A stretch of DNA of 40,234 nucleotides from an uncultured Candidatus Saccharibacteria bacterium (lineage in GTDB: Bacteria > Patescibacteriota > Saccharimonadia > Saccharimonadales > UBA4665). Location: assembly GCA_964426315.1 (NCBI GenBank), contig CAYRPQ010000001.1, positions 1 through 40,234 of the forward strand. Direction: 5' to 3'. Below, piece by piece: positions 28,172-40,234 of this stretch; the first letter of the stretch is position 1, and each line of letters starts with the position of its first letter. The notes under the pieces were generated by a model, which saw only the letters and a program-made list of their open reading frames with translations, did not search any database and was not told the DNA's origin. The translations under genes and the position numbers were made by a program.

Positions 28172-28961
28172 ACAACGACATGCCGTAATTCAGGGTGACC
28201 CGGCCGAAAGGTTGTTCCTCAACAAGGTCGAACATTTCAGCAAAGAATTTTTTGCGGGTTACGTCGGACAGGTCGAGGTTGGTAGAAAAGGTGCCAAGTA
28301 GATCCACGTATTCCCGCGCCTTGAAATCCTGGGAAAAACGGAAGACCTCAAAAAAGATCGGTTTGAATAGTTCGGGATCAAATTCGTAGGACACAATGTC
28401 GCCCTTGGTCGGCAAGTCTTCGCGGGTTTTGCCCGTCTGGTTGGCCTTGTTGATGTTAGTGCCCGGCGCGTATTCCTCGTAAATGGGTTTCGTGGACTCG
28501 TAAAACGCATCGCCCTTGTCGTCGGACAGGTAGTTGGTATTAGTAATTGCCAAATGGCCACCGGCTTTCAGAAGCTGGTGTGATTTTTTAAAACTCACCT
28601 CCGGGTCTAGCCAATGGAAAGCAGTGGCCGAGTAAATCAGGTCAAAGTTTTCCGAAGGTAAGTCCACATCCTCAAATTCACCGGTTATGACCCTTACTTT
28701 TGGGTACTTGGCCAGATTATTCATAGCTGTTTTTGCCATGGCCGGGCCCCGCTCCACAGCTGTGATCTCGTAGCCTTCTTCCGCCAGGGGCAGGGTAGCA
28801 GTGCCGGGGCCGGGACCGATTTCCAGCAGTTTGGATCCTCGTTGTATCCCTGTTTGTTCGATCAGCGCCTCAAAGAGAGCGTCGGGATAGTGTGGCCGTG
28901 CCCGATCGTACAGCTCTGGCTGTTGGTCGAAGCCCCCCTTCAACTTAATATCGTAAGGCAT
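28152..28961 (-). CDS. Class I SAM-dependent methyltransferase
   Basis: SAM motif I reads KLLEIGPGPGTATLPLAEEGYEITAVE. 269 aa. Its 3' end overlaps the alaS 3' end by 20 nt. Confidence 0.85.
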   Translation of the reverse strand: MPYDIKLKGGFDQQPELYDRARPHYPDALFEALIEQTGIQRGSKLLEIGPGPGTATLPLAEEGYEITAVERGPAMAKTAMNNLAKYPKVRVITGEFEDVDLPSENFDLIYSATAFHWLDPEVSFKKSHQLLKAGGHLAITNTNYLSDDKGDAFYESTKPIYEEYAPGTNINKANQTGKTREDLPTKGDIVSYEFDPELFKPIFFEVFRFSQDFKAREYVDLLGTFSTNLDLSDVTRKKFFAEMFDLVEEQPFGRVTLNYGMSLSIAELL

Positions 28962-29003
28962 TGCATCTTATAATACACGACCCCGTGCTAGGGGTTGCTG
29001 TGC

Positions 29004-29009
29004 TAAAAT
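29004..29009 (+). promoter_or_regulatory. -10 box (TAAAAT, preceded by TGTGC)
   Basis: TAAAAT at 29004-29009. ATG 29011 is only 1 nt away and ATG 29017 is 7 nt away. This favours 29017 as a leaderless start. Confidence 0.35.
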
Positions 29010-29016
29010 AATGGAT

Positions 29017-30357
29017 ATGCTTGAAAAAGTTAAAAGCGCCGGTCTACAGGCGGCCAAGAAGGCCCGCGAAGGCGCCGGCAAGGCGACCACTGCGGCGCGG
29101 GCCAAGGCCAAGTCGGGCAAACAAGCCGGCGATGACTACTTGGTAGCCCTGGATATCGGCACTGAATTCGTTAAGGCCCTGATCGGCAAGGTCAATAAGG
29201 AAACAAGTACCGTTGAGATCGTTGGCGAGGGCCGGGCTCACCAAGGGCTGAGCGACATGCAGGCCGGCGCTATTTCCGACATCGCCGCCGTTGTCGAGAA
29301 CTGCGACAAAGCTTTGAATCAGGCCGAGGAACAGGCCGGCATCAGCGTGCGCACCTGTATTATCGGTATCGCCGGCGAGCTAGTGAAGGGTACTACTACC
29401 ACTGTTAGGGTGGCACGTAAACAGGCCAGCAAGCCGCTCGACATTCCCGAAATGGAAAAGATTATTAACCTGGTGCAGGTCCGCGCCCAAGAAAAGGCCA
29501 AACAACAGCTGGCCTGGGAACTGGGTGGTAAAGAGGTTGAAGTGCGACTGGTGAACAGCGCGCTGGTGAGCATTGAGATCGACGGTTACCCGGTGACCAA
29601 TCCGATCGGTTTCCAGGGCAAGGACGTAGTGGTGCAACTCTACACGGCTTTCGCGCCCATGATCCACATTGGCGCCCTCGAAAAAACCGCCCAAGAACTT
29701 GATCTTGACCTGCTAGCCGTGGCCGCCGAGCCTTTCGCCGTGGCCCGGGCCGTGATTGGCAACAACCCTAACCAGTCGCTTAGTGCCATCTTAATGGATG
29801 TTGGTGGTGGCACCACCGACATAGCCGTTATTAACGAAGGTGGCGTGCAGGGCACCAAGATGTTCGGCATCGGCGGCCGGGCCTACACCCACGCAGTGGA
29901 GCGCGATATGGGCGTAGATTTTGACAAGGCCGAAGATATGAAAGTCGGTCTGAGCACCAACCAGTTGCCGGTGGCACAGCGCCCGGCCGTCGAAGCCGCC
30001 CTGGGCAAAACGGCTGACGTTTGGGTGGGCGGCATCGAGCTGGCACTTAGCGAATTTACCAAACTCGACCACCTGCCGCACCGCATGTTCCTGTGTGGCG
30101 GCGGCTCGTCACTCGACCTCTTAATGGACCGCCTGCAAGACACCGAATGGTATAAAAGCCTGCCTTTCAGCCGCAAACCCAGCGTGCACCACATCCGCCC
30201 CGAACAAGTAGCCGGCATCATCGATAAAACCGGCGACGTTAACGACCATACCTTCATCACTGCCATGGGCTTACTGCGCGTCGGCATGGATACCATGCAG
30301 TTTGCCGGCAGTGGCGGGTCAATCCGCGATAAAATTGATAAAATGTTAAGTGTATAA
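29017..30357 (+). CDS. FtsA-like actin-fold ATPase
   Basis: Phosphate-1 motif LVALDIGTEFVKALIG and phosphate-2 motif MDVGGGTTDIAV, plus an SHS2-like insert and LCGGGS. An unusual roughly 40-aa basic Ala/Lys-rich N-terminus. An alternative start is ATG 29011. Confidence 0.78.
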   Translation: MLEKVKSAGLQAAKKAREGAGKATTAARAKAKSGKQAGDDYLVALDIGTEFVKALIGKVNKETSTVEIVGEGRAHQGLSDMQAGAISDIAAVVENCDKALNQAEEQAGISVRTCIIGIAGELVKGTTTTVRVARKQASKPLDIPEMEKIINLVQVRAQEKAKQQLAWELGGKEVEVRLVNSALVSIEIDGYPVTNPIGFQGKDVVVQLYTAFAPMIHIGALEKTAQELDLDLLAVAAEPFAVARAVIGNNPNQSLSAILMDVGGGTTDIAVINEGGVQGTKMFGIGGRAYTHAVERDMGVDFDKAEDMKVGLSTNQLPVAQRPAVEAALGKTADVWVGGIELALSEFTKLDHLPHRMFLCGGGSSLDLLMDRLQDTEWYKSLPFSRKPSVHHIRPEQVAGIIDKTGDVNDHTFITAMGLLRVGMDTMQFAGSGGSIRDKIDKMLSV

Positions 30358-30359
30358 CC

Positions 30360-32060
30360 ATGGCCGCCGAAGCTAAAGACACCATCTACATAGACATCGA
30401 CGACGAGATCACCGGCATCATCGATAAGCTTCAGGTCAGCAAGGGTAAAATTGTCGCCCTAGTATTGCCAAAGCGCGCTGCCGTTTTCCAGAGCATTGTT
30501 AACATGAAATTGCTCAAACGGGCCGCCGACAGCGCCGACAAGCACCTGGTGTTGATCACCTCTGAAGCTGGGCTGTTACCCTTGGCCGGCGCCGCCGGCG
30601 TGCACGTCGCCAAAACACTTACCAGCAAACCCGAAATCCCGCTTGGCCCGCAATTACCCGAAGAAAATGATGACGCGGTGCCCGAAGACACGCTGGCGAA
30701 CGAGGAGCCGCCACTTGACGCCGAAAAACCAGTAGGTGATCTTGCTGGTGCCGCTCCGGCCGCCGCTGACGGCGTTGAAACCCTGGTCCTAGATGATGAA
30801 GAGCCCGCTCCCGAAGAAGCCGCCGCCGCAACCCCCAAGAAGCCCAAAAATAAGAAGTTATCGATACCAAATTTCGAGCGGTTCCGGCTGTGGTTGATCC
30901 TGGGCGGGCTGGTGCTTGTGCTGTTAATAATAGGCATGATATTAGCCGCTTCGGCCCTGCCTAAAGCGACAATTAGCATTAAAACCGATGCTAGCACCGT
31001 CAATACTAATGTCAGCCTTAATTTGTCTCCGGCCGCCAAGACTCTTGACCCAACTACTGGTACCATTCCTGCCAAGCTAGCCCAGGAGCAAAGAACCTAC
31101 ACCCAGCAAGCGGCTACAACCGGCCAGAAGAATAACGGCAACAAAGCCAGCGGCTCAATAAGCATGTCCGGCCGTGAGTGCGCTCCAAACTTGGGCACGC
31201 CGGCCACTGTTCCAGCCGGCACAGGGGTCAGCTCGAACGGCCAGACCTATATCACACAACAAAACACTTCCTTTAGTGACTCCGGTCATGGTTCAGGCAG
31301 TTGTATTACCTACCAAGCAACCGGCCCGACCACCATCATCGCCCAGAATCCTGGGAGTAGCTACAACGGCGCTACCAGCTTTACAGTGGCCGGGCGTAGC
31401 GATGTCAGCGCCAGTGTTGCCTCGGCCATCGCGGGCGGAACCGATAGCATCGTGCGGACGGTTAACCAGAATGACATTAATAGCGCTAAGGCCAAAATTG
31501 CTTTAAACGACGACCAGCTTAAGCAAACCCTCAATGACGACCTGACCAAGGCTAATTATTTTGCCATCTTGTCTACTTACTCCAGCGGTACGCCGGTAGT
31601 CAGCAGTAGCGCACCGGTCGGCGACGTGGCCGATAACGTGACAGTCACCGAAACCGTCACCTACACCATGTTTGGTGTTCCGCAGAGCGACCTGAAAACC
31701 CTGGTAGAAAACAACATTAAGAGCCAGATCGACACGGCTAAACAGAGCATCCTAGATAATGGCATAGCTAAAGCGGTTTTCAACGTCGACAATATTTCGC
31801 CCACAGCCGCCCAAATAACCATGAGCGGCACGGCCACAGTTGGGCCTGACCTGAATGTCGCAGACATCAGGACGGCCGCCGCCGGCAAGAAGCCGGGCGC
31901 CGTTAAGAGTGATTTGGGAAGTAATCCGGACGTCGTCAGCGTCGATGTTAAACTGAGCCCATTCTGGGTTAGCTCGGTACCCAAGAAAACCAGCCGTATA
32001 ACGGTTCATATTGCCAAGCCGGTAGCTACCAAACCAAGCACTGCGAATGGTACCCAATAA
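30360..32060 (+). CDS. Hypothetical bitopic membrane protein with a large Ser/Thr-rich extracytoplasmic domain
   Basis: 566 aa. A cytoplasmic N-domain (IYIDIDDEITGIIDKL...), an acidic Pro/Ala linker, the TM helix LWLILGGLVLVLLIIGMILAA, then about 370 aa that look beta-rich. It starts 2 nt after the FtsA-like gene. Confidence 0.68.
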   Translation: MAAEAKDTIYIDIDDEITGIIDKLQVSKGKIVALVLPKRAAVFQSIVNMKLLKRAADSADKHLVLITSEAGLLPLAGAAGVHVAKTLTSKPEIPLGPQLPEENDDAVPEDTLANEEPPLDAEKPVGDLAGAAPAAADGVETLVLDDEEPAPEEAAAATPKKPKNKKLSIPNFERFRLWLILGGLVLVLLIIGMILAASALPKATISIKTDASTVNTNVSLNLSPAAKTLDPTTGTIPAKLAQEQRTYTQQAATTGQKNNGNKASGSISMSGRECAPNLGTPATVPAGTGVSSNGQTYITQQNTSFSDSGHGSGSCITYQATGPTTIIAQNPGSSYNGATSFTVAGRSDVSASVASAIAGGTDSIVRTVNQNDINSAKAKIALNDDQLKQTLNDDLTKANYFAILSTYSSGTPVVSSSAPVGDVADNVTVTETVTYTMFGVPQSDLKTLVENNIKSQIDTAKQSILDNGIAKAVFNVDNISPTAAQITMSGTATVGPDLNVADIRTAAAGKKPGAVKSDLGSNPDVVSVDVKLSPFWVSSVPKKTSRITVHIAKPVATKPSTANGTQ

Positions 32061-32463
32061 CTCGGTACTCGCGTTGGATGTAGGTTCTGCCAGGATCGGC
32101 GTGGCCGTGGCCTCGCTCTCGGCGCGTTTACCACGGCCGCTGACGACTTTATCGAATGACGAAAACGTTTTCGATCGCCTGGAGGCGATAATTAAAGACG
32201 AAGACGTGGCTGTTCTGGTAGTTGGTTTACCTCGCGGATTACAGGGCCAGAGTACAGGCCAAACCGAAGACACCACGGCTTTTGCCGAGCAATTAAAGGG
32301 TCGTTTTTCACTGCCCGTGCATCTGCAAGATGAGGCCCTAACCTCCCAGCAGGCTACTGCCGAGCTGGAGGCCCGAGGCAAAGACTACAAGCGGGAAGAC
32401 ATAGATGCCCTGGCGGCGGTTTACATATTGGGCGACTGGCTGGGTGAAAACACGGTAAAATAG
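32047..32463 (+). CDS. ruvX: Holliday-junction resolvase-like nuclease RuvX (YqgF)
   Basis: VLALDVGSARIGVAVA N-terminal motif. 138 aa. It overlaps the upstream gene by 14 nt. Confidence 0.85.
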   Translation: MVPNNSVLALDVGSARIGVAVASLSARLPRPLTTLSNDENVFDRLEAIIKDEDVAVLVVGLPRGLQGQSTGQTEDTTAFAEQLKGRFSLPVHLQDEALTSQQATAELEARGKDYKREDIDALAAVYILGDWLGENTVK

Positions 32464-32467
32464 ATAA

Positions 32468-33523
32468 ATGGCGGCTTATATTGTTGGTAAAAAACGGAGC
32501 TTTCTGCCCAAGCGGGTCTGGTGGCTGATCGGCGTTTTGATAGTTTTGGCCATTGTGGGCATGATAGTCGCCAGGCACGTTTATACGACAGGCTTACGCC
32601 CCGTTAGCTTCAGCCAGCAGACGCAGATTTTCACAGTTAAGCAGGGCAGTTCGGTCAAGCAGATAGCCGGTAACCTGGAAGACGCCCGCCTGATACGCAG
32701 TGCCTGGGCTTTCGAGCTTTATATTCACAGCAAAGACCTGGCCGGCAAACTGCAGGCCGGCACGTACGCCTTCTCGCCGAGTGAGGGTGTCGAAGACATT
32801 GTCAGCATTATGACGAGAGGCCGTGTGGCCACGCAGTTAATAACGATTCTGCCCGGCCGCCGCATAGATGAAATCAGGGCCGACCTTATTAATTACGGCT
32901 TTGCCCCCGAAGACGTCGATAAAGCGCTTGATCCGGGGCAATACGCCGACCTACCGGCCTTAGCCTTCAAGCCCGCCGGCGTGACGACCCTGGAGGGCCT
33001 GCTGTGGCCCGATTCCTGGTACAAGGATGCATCCACCTCGCCGGCCTATATTATTCGTGAGTCCCTGACGGCCATGGGTGATCATCTGACCCCTGATGTT
33101 CAGGCCGCCTTCGCCGCTGAGAACCTGACGGTTTACCAGGGGCTGACGCTGGCCTCGATTGTCGTGCAGGAGGTGAATAAGCCCACCGACCAAGCCCAGG
33201 CGGCCCAGGTCTTCCTATCGCGGCTCAAAGCCGGCTCGGTGCTGGGTTCTGATGTCACGGCCAAATACGGCGCCATCATTAACGGGCGATCGCCAAATGA
33301 CTTGAGTTACGACTCGCCCTACAACACGCATATTCACCCCGGCCTACCACCCAGTCCTATCAGCACGATCACCCTCAACGGCCTGAATGCCACCGCTCAT
33401 CCGGCCAACACCAATTGGTTATACTTTGTGGCCGGCGATGATGGCACCACGCACTTTGCTACCAACCTACAAGATCACCAGGCCAACGTCCAAAAGTACT
33501 GCCACAAGCTCTGCGGCAACTAA
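32468..33523 (+). CDS. mltG: Endolytic murein transglycosylase MltG (YceG-like)
   Basis: N-terminal TM helix. LEGLLWPDSW and SPYNTHIHPGLPPSPISTI match the YceG signature. Confidence 0.9.
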   Translation: MAAYIVGKKRSFLPKRVWWLIGVLIVLAIVGMIVARHVYTTGLRPVSFSQQTQIFTVKQGSSVKQIAGNLEDARLIRSAWAFELYIHSKDLAGKLQAGTYAFSPSEGVEDIVSIMTRGRVATQLITILPGRRIDEIRADLINYGFAPEDVDKALDPGQYADLPALAFKPAGVTTLEGLLWPDSWYKDASTSPAYIIRESLTAMGDHLTPDVQAAFAAENLTVYQGLTLASIVVQEVNKPTDQAQAAQVFLSRLKAGSVLGSDVTAKYGAIINGRSPNDLSYDSPYNTHIHPGLPPSPISTITLNGLNATAHPANTNWLYFVAGDDGTTHFATNLQDHQANVQKYCHKLCGN

Positions 33524-33566
33524 CAGGGGCGAATAACCATAAAAGCCTTGCGTAGGCCCTAAAATT

Positions 33567-33575
33567 TGCTACAAT
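33567..33575 (+). promoter_or_regulatory. Extended -10 promoter (TGcTACAAT) far upstream of the LysM-CHAP gene
   Basis: TG at 33567-33568 and TACAAT at 33570-33575. It has the same form as the leaderless promoters but lies about 240 nt from the next ATG. Confidence 0.4.
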
Positions 33576-33581
33576 TGACTA

Positions 33582-33815
33582 GTAACGTCTTACAGAGGTC
33601 ATACATCTGTTATACTTCTGCCCGCGTTACCTCTTAAGCAGACAGTTCGATACCCGCACTCAAACCGCACCTGTCAATCTAAACGTCTGCTATCGAGTAA
33701 GTGCCGCCAAGGCCCCGGAGATTGTATTAGTACAACCCCCTCAACATTAAGTGAGCGTTTTGCCTCAGCCGACAACCTACGTTCGGCCAAGTTCTATCGT
33801 CATTTCCAGTCTAAG
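33582..33815 (+). promoter_or_regulatory. Long untranslated leader; candidate cis-regulatory RNA (riboswitch class unverified)
   Basis: There is no ORF of 60 aa or more on either strand in the 292-nt gap 33524-33815. A promoter-like element sits at its 5' end. The gap contains CCCGCAC, CCGCGTTACCTCTTAAGC and CCCCGGAG strings that recall the c-di-AMP (ydaO) riboswitch conserved cores, as far as I remember them. Confidence 0.3.
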
Positions 33816-34859
33816 ATGCGCCGTAAAGCCTTTCGCCGCCGGTCTATGCGCATTGGCCTGGTGGCTTCTAATGTTTTGATCCTGGGCGTCATCGCCGTCT
33901 TCGTATTAAATAACCCGCACACCGATAGCCTGAGCGCCCCCTCGTTATCAAGTAGTCAAGGTGCCTCAAGCGTAGCCAACCCCCTAGACCAAGTATCTTC
34001 GGCCGACATAGCCCTGACGGTGGCCCGCATGAGTCAATTGCCGGAAACCACGGCTGTCAGCAACCAGGCACAATCGCAAGCGGCCGATATAGCTATAGCC
34101 GCCTCCAACAGCAGTAACGTTATCAGTAAACCCCAGGTGGTGGCCACGGCTCTTAAATCCCGGGCCGATATTCAGGTTTATACCGTTCAGCCCGGCGACA
34201 CTATTCCTAATGTAGCTACCAAGTACGGTATTACCTCCGACAGCATCCGCTGGTCCAACAATCTCTCTGGCGACGCGCTTACCCCGGGGAATAAAATTAC
34301 TATTCCACCAGTTACGGGCATAGTTTACATTGTCAAAGCCGGCGACACGCCGGAAAGCGTGGCCGCCAAGTTTAATGCTAATAAAGACCAGCTCATAGCC
34401 TACAACGACGCCGAAATCTCCGGTTTCCAAACAGGCGAACAGATCATTATTCCCAATGCCACCCAGGCTACGGCCAAAACAGCCGCCGCTATCAGTAGTG
34501 CCGGCGGCGCCAGCGGTGTCGGCTTCCCCTGGGGCGTCGGACCGATGTACGGCTTCAACGGCTACGACTACGGCTACTGCACCTGGTACGTGGCAACGCA
34601 GATTAACGTGCCCGGTAACTGGGGCAACGCCAGCAGTTGGGCCTACTATGCCCGCCTGAGCGGCTGGAACGTCAGCCAGGCGCCTACCGTCGGTGCCATC
34701 GCCCAGAAGGGCGGCGGCGAAGGCCACGTGGGCATCGTGATTGGCGTTAACGACGACGGATCGGTGGTAATTCGCGACATGAACGGCTTCGCTGGCTGGG
34801 GCAGGGTCGGTACGGGCACGGTATCGGCCGGTTTCTTCCAGAACTACATCACCCACTAG
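33816..34859 (+). CDS. Peptidoglycan hydrolase with two LysM repeats and a C-terminal CHAP domain
   Basis: N-terminal TM or signal segment. LysM repeats YTVQPGDTIPNVATKYGI...ITIP and YIVKAGDTPESVAAKFN...IIIP. The CHAP domain has YGYCTWYV (Cys) ... GEGHVGIV (His). Confidence 0.88.
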   Translation: MRRKAFRRRSMRIGLVASNVLILGVIAVFVLNNPHTDSLSAPSLSSSQGASSVANPLDQVSSADIALTVARMSQLPETTAVSNQAQSQAADIAIAASNSSNVISKPQVVATALKSRADIQVYTVQPGDTIPNVATKYGITSDSIRWSNNLSGDALTPGNKITIPPVTGIVYIVKAGDTPESVAAKFNANKDQLIAYNDAEISGFQTGEQIIIPNATQATAKTAAAISSAGGASGVGFPWGVGPMYGFNGYDYGYCTWYVATQINVPGNWGNASSWAYYARLSGWNVSQAPTVGAIAQKGGGEGHVGIVIGVNDDGSVVIRDMNGFAGWGRVGTGTVSAGFFQNYITH

Positions 34860-34860
34860 A

Positions 34861-34869
34861 TGCTATCCT
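34861..34869 (+). promoter_or_regulatory. Extended -10 promoter (TGcTATCCT), leaderless obg
   Basis: TATCCT at 34864-34869, then 7 nt, then ATG 34877. Confidence 0.35.
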
Positions 34870-34873
34870 GTAG

Positions 34874-36151
<1,278 letters not shown>

Positions 36152-36162
36152 GCCTGACAGCG

Positions 36163-36171
36163 TGATAAACT
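36163..36171 (+). promoter_or_regulatory. Extended -10 promoter (TGaTAAACT), leaderless sbcB
   Basis: TAAACT at 36166-36171, then 8 nt, then ATG 36180. Confidence 0.35.
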
Positions 36172-36179
36172 GAGAACCT

Positions 36180-37631
36180 ATGGCTAATAGTTTTTTCTTT
36201 TATGATCTGGAAACCAGCGGGTTTGACCCGCGGCAGGCCCGCGTCATGCAGTTCGCCGGCCAGCGCACCAGCATGGACCTCAAGCCGATCGGCGAGCCAG
36301 TCAACCTGCTTATTAAACTATCCCCGGACGTACTGCCCGGACCCGACGCCATCCTGGTTACCGGTATCACGCCCCAACAAACCATCGCCGATGGCCTAAC
36401 CGAAGCCGAATTCCTAAAATTCTTTTATGACGAAGTGGTTAAGCCCGACACCATTTTTACCGGCTTTAACAGTGTTCGTTTCGACGATGAGTTCATGCGC
36501 TTCCTGCACTGGCGCAACTTCTACGATCCTTATGAGTGGCACTGGCAGAGCGGTTGTTCGCGATGGGATATTCTCGACGCGGTACGCATGACCCGGGCCT
36601 TGCGGCCGGAAGGTATTCAATGGCCCTTCACTCCCGACGGCAAGCCGGCCAACCGGCTGGAATTCCTGACCACCGTCAACAAGCTCGGCCACGATAAGGC
36701 CCACGACGCCCTCAGCGATGTTCACGCCACCATCGCCGTCGCCAAGCTGGTCCGCGACAAGCAACCGGACCTGTTTGACTACCTGCTCCAGCACCGCGAT
36801 AAAAAAAGCGTCGGCGCGCTGGTTAATAAAGGCACACCGTTCGTTTACACTTCGGGCCGTTATAGCAGTGAATTCTTGCACACCACAGTCGCCGTGCTGT
36901 TGGCTAAGCACGACCAGCAAGACGCCGGCCTGGTTTACGACCTGCGCTTTGATCCGACGCCGTTCCTCGAGATGAATGTGGACCAGCTAATTGAGGTCTG
37001 GCGCTGGAGCAAAGACCCCGACAAGGTCCGCCTGCCGGTCAAAACCGTGAAGTACAACCGCGTTCCTGCCGTGGCGCCGCTCGGCGTCATAAAAGATAAG
37101 GCCACGCAGGGACGGATCAAGCTGATGCTGGACGATATTAATAAGCATTACGAGATCTTTAAAGAACACCGCCTGGAATTTGCCGCCAAGATCGCCGAGG
37201 CCGTGTCGCGGATGGATAAAGAGCGCGAACAGGCCCAAATGGCCATCCTTGATAACCAGTTGACCGTCGACGAGCGTCTTTACGACGGCTTCGTTAATGG
37301 TGGTGACAAACAAGCCATGCACGCCGTTCGCGCCGCCAAGCCGGAAGAGTTAAGCGATCTGGCGACCAGCTTCCGTGACGAGCGGCTAAAAAGTCTGTTG
37401 CCACTTTACAAAGCCCGCAATTATCCCCGTTCACTCAGCAGTGAGGAGCGCGTCGCCTGGGAAGAGTTTTGCCATAAGAAACTGCTCAGCGGTGACGAAG
37501 AAAGCCAACTGGCCAAGTACTTCGCGCGCCTGAAAGAGCTCTCAGAAGGCAAACTAACCGGCGAACAGAAATTCCTGCTGGAAGAACTGCAACTCTACGG
37601 CGAGTCTATCGTGCCGTCTGAGTCAGCCTGA
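36180..37631 (+). CDS. sbcB: Exodeoxyribonuclease I
   Basis: DEDD exonuclease motifs FFFYDLETSGFDP, FNSVRFDDEF and HDALSDV. 483 aa with an ExoI-type C-terminal domain. Confidence 0.88.
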   Translation: MANSFFFYDLETSGFDPRQARVMQFAGQRTSMDLKPIGEPVNLLIKLSPDVLPGPDAILVTGITPQQTIADGLTEAEFLKFFYDEVVKPDTIFTGFNSVRFDDEFMRFLHWRNFYDPYEWHWQSGCSRWDILDAVRMTRALRPEGIQWPFTPDGKPANRLEFLTTVNKLGHDKAHDALSDVHATIAVAKLVRDKQPDLFDYLLQHRDKKSVGALVNKGTPFVYTSGRYSSEFLHTTVAVLLAKHDQQDAGLVYDLRFDPTPFLEMNVDQLIEVWRWSKDPDKVRLPVKTVKYNRVPAVAPLGVIKDKATQGRIKLMLDDINKHYEIFKEHRLEFAAKIAEAVSRMDKEREQAQMAILDNQLTVDERLYDGFVNGGDKQAMHAVRAAKPEELSDLATSFRDERLKSLLPLYKARNYPRSLSSEERVAWEEFCHKKLLSGDEESQLAKYFARLKELSEGKLTGEQKFLLEELQLYGESIVPSESA

Positions 37632-37803
37632 CGTGCAGGCGGCTGGCCGGCAGGGGCAGGCGGAAGGGTGTTTGGCGGTGTCGGCGTTCAAGATAAACTA
37701 TTGTCAAAGCGCCGGCTAACAGCGCTGCCATTCCCAGCCACGCCTGGAAAGATATCTGGATGCTTGTGCCGGGGATGTAACCAAGAACGATTACGTTATA
37801 CAT
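37606..37803 (-). CDS. Small (65-aa) single-pass membrane protein
   Basis: ATG 37803 follows a GAGGTGA Shine-Dalgarno sequence and a minus-strand GTGTATAAT (-10 hexamer at 37836-37831). That promoter lies inside the longer GTG-initiated track ORF, so the shorter start is preferred. Hydrophobic helix WLGMAALLAGALTIVYL. It overlaps the sbcB 3' end by 26 nt. Confidence 0.45.
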   Translation of the reverse strand: MYNVIVLGYIPGTSIQISFQAWLGMAALLAGALTIVYLERRHRQTPFRLPLPASRLHVRLTQTAR

Positions 37804-37926
37804 TACGCTCACCTCTATAAAGTGAAATGAATTATACACCTATTTGTCAATAGGTCAAGTGTATTGTATTAACGGCTTATGCTTACGTTTGTGGCCGAAA
37901 GACTGGAAAATCCCTCTGTTTTTGTG

Positions 37927-37932
37927 TATAAT
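37927..37932 (+). promoter_or_regulatory. -10 box (TATAAT) for uvrA, conventional leader with a Shine-Dalgarno sequence
   Basis: GTGTATAAT. A 24-nt spacer containing GGGAG (37948-37952) precedes ATG 37957. Confidence 0.45.
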
Positions 37933-37956
37933 TGAGCGCCTTATACAGGGAGAAAA

Positions 37957-40234
<2,278 letters not shown>

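Noticed and set aside
30431-32381. Minus-strand ORFs of 214 and 209 aa
   Set aside because: They are antisense to the 566-aa membrane protein and to ruvX. Low-complexity, Ser/Ala-rich shadow ORFs.
33984-34856. 290-aa minus-strand ORF
   Set aside because: It lies entirely inside the LysM-CHAP gene, whose LysM and CHAP motifs are clear. High-GC shadow ORF.
37804-37839. GTG 37839 as the start of the small minus-strand protein
   Set aside because: The first codons coincide with a minus-strand TATAAT box, and a GAGGTGA Shine-Dalgarno sequence precedes the internal ATG 37803.
37840-37956. Possible SOS (LexA) operator upstream of uvrA
   Set aside because: I looked for CTGT-N8-ACAG and CGAAC-N4-GTTCG type palindromes. 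Only a 5-bp CTATT/AATAG hairpin and a CTGT half-site are present, and there is no convincing operator.

Overview
Gene-dense 40.2-kb chromosomal segment, roughly 90% coding and mostly on the plus strand, from a compact bacterial genome. It uses the standard code (TGA is a stop) and the backbone is about 55-63% GC by hand counts. Most content is housekeeping: tpiA (partial), pcrA/uvrD helicase, a YabE/RpfB-like wall protein with rsmA, a MarR regulator, tmRNA (ssrA), an FKBP isomerase, an RRM RNA-binding protein, GH37 trehalase, tRNA-Val(CAC), metG-tatD, a NifS/IscS-type cysteine desulfurase, an atpFHAGDC cluster, mnmA, a short alaS, an FtsA-like protein, ruvX, mltG, a LysM-CHAP hydrolase, obg, sbcB and uvrA (partial). 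Short aminoacyl-tRNA synthetases, many translationally coupled genes and Gram-positive-type synteny fit a reduced-genome lineage, possibly Patescibacteria/Saccharibacteria-like. That placement is a low-confidence inference. Points worth follow-up: (1) a low-GC accessory segment (about 6050-10626) around ssrA, bounded by an imperfect repeat of the ssrA terminator, carrying an orphan membrane protein and a three-gene cassette of unknown function; (2) an F-type ATP synthase cluster with no a or c subunit genes, sitting between a cysteine desulfurase and mnmA, with unusual subunit termini; (3) at least 11 genes whose -10 box lies 6-9 nt from the start codon, implying leaderless mRNAs; (4) by contrast, an about 234-nt untranslated leader upstream of the LysM-CHAP hydrolase, a riboswitch candidate; (5) a sharp low-GC patch inside alaS. 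I found no CRISPR array, rRNA, transposase or integrase.
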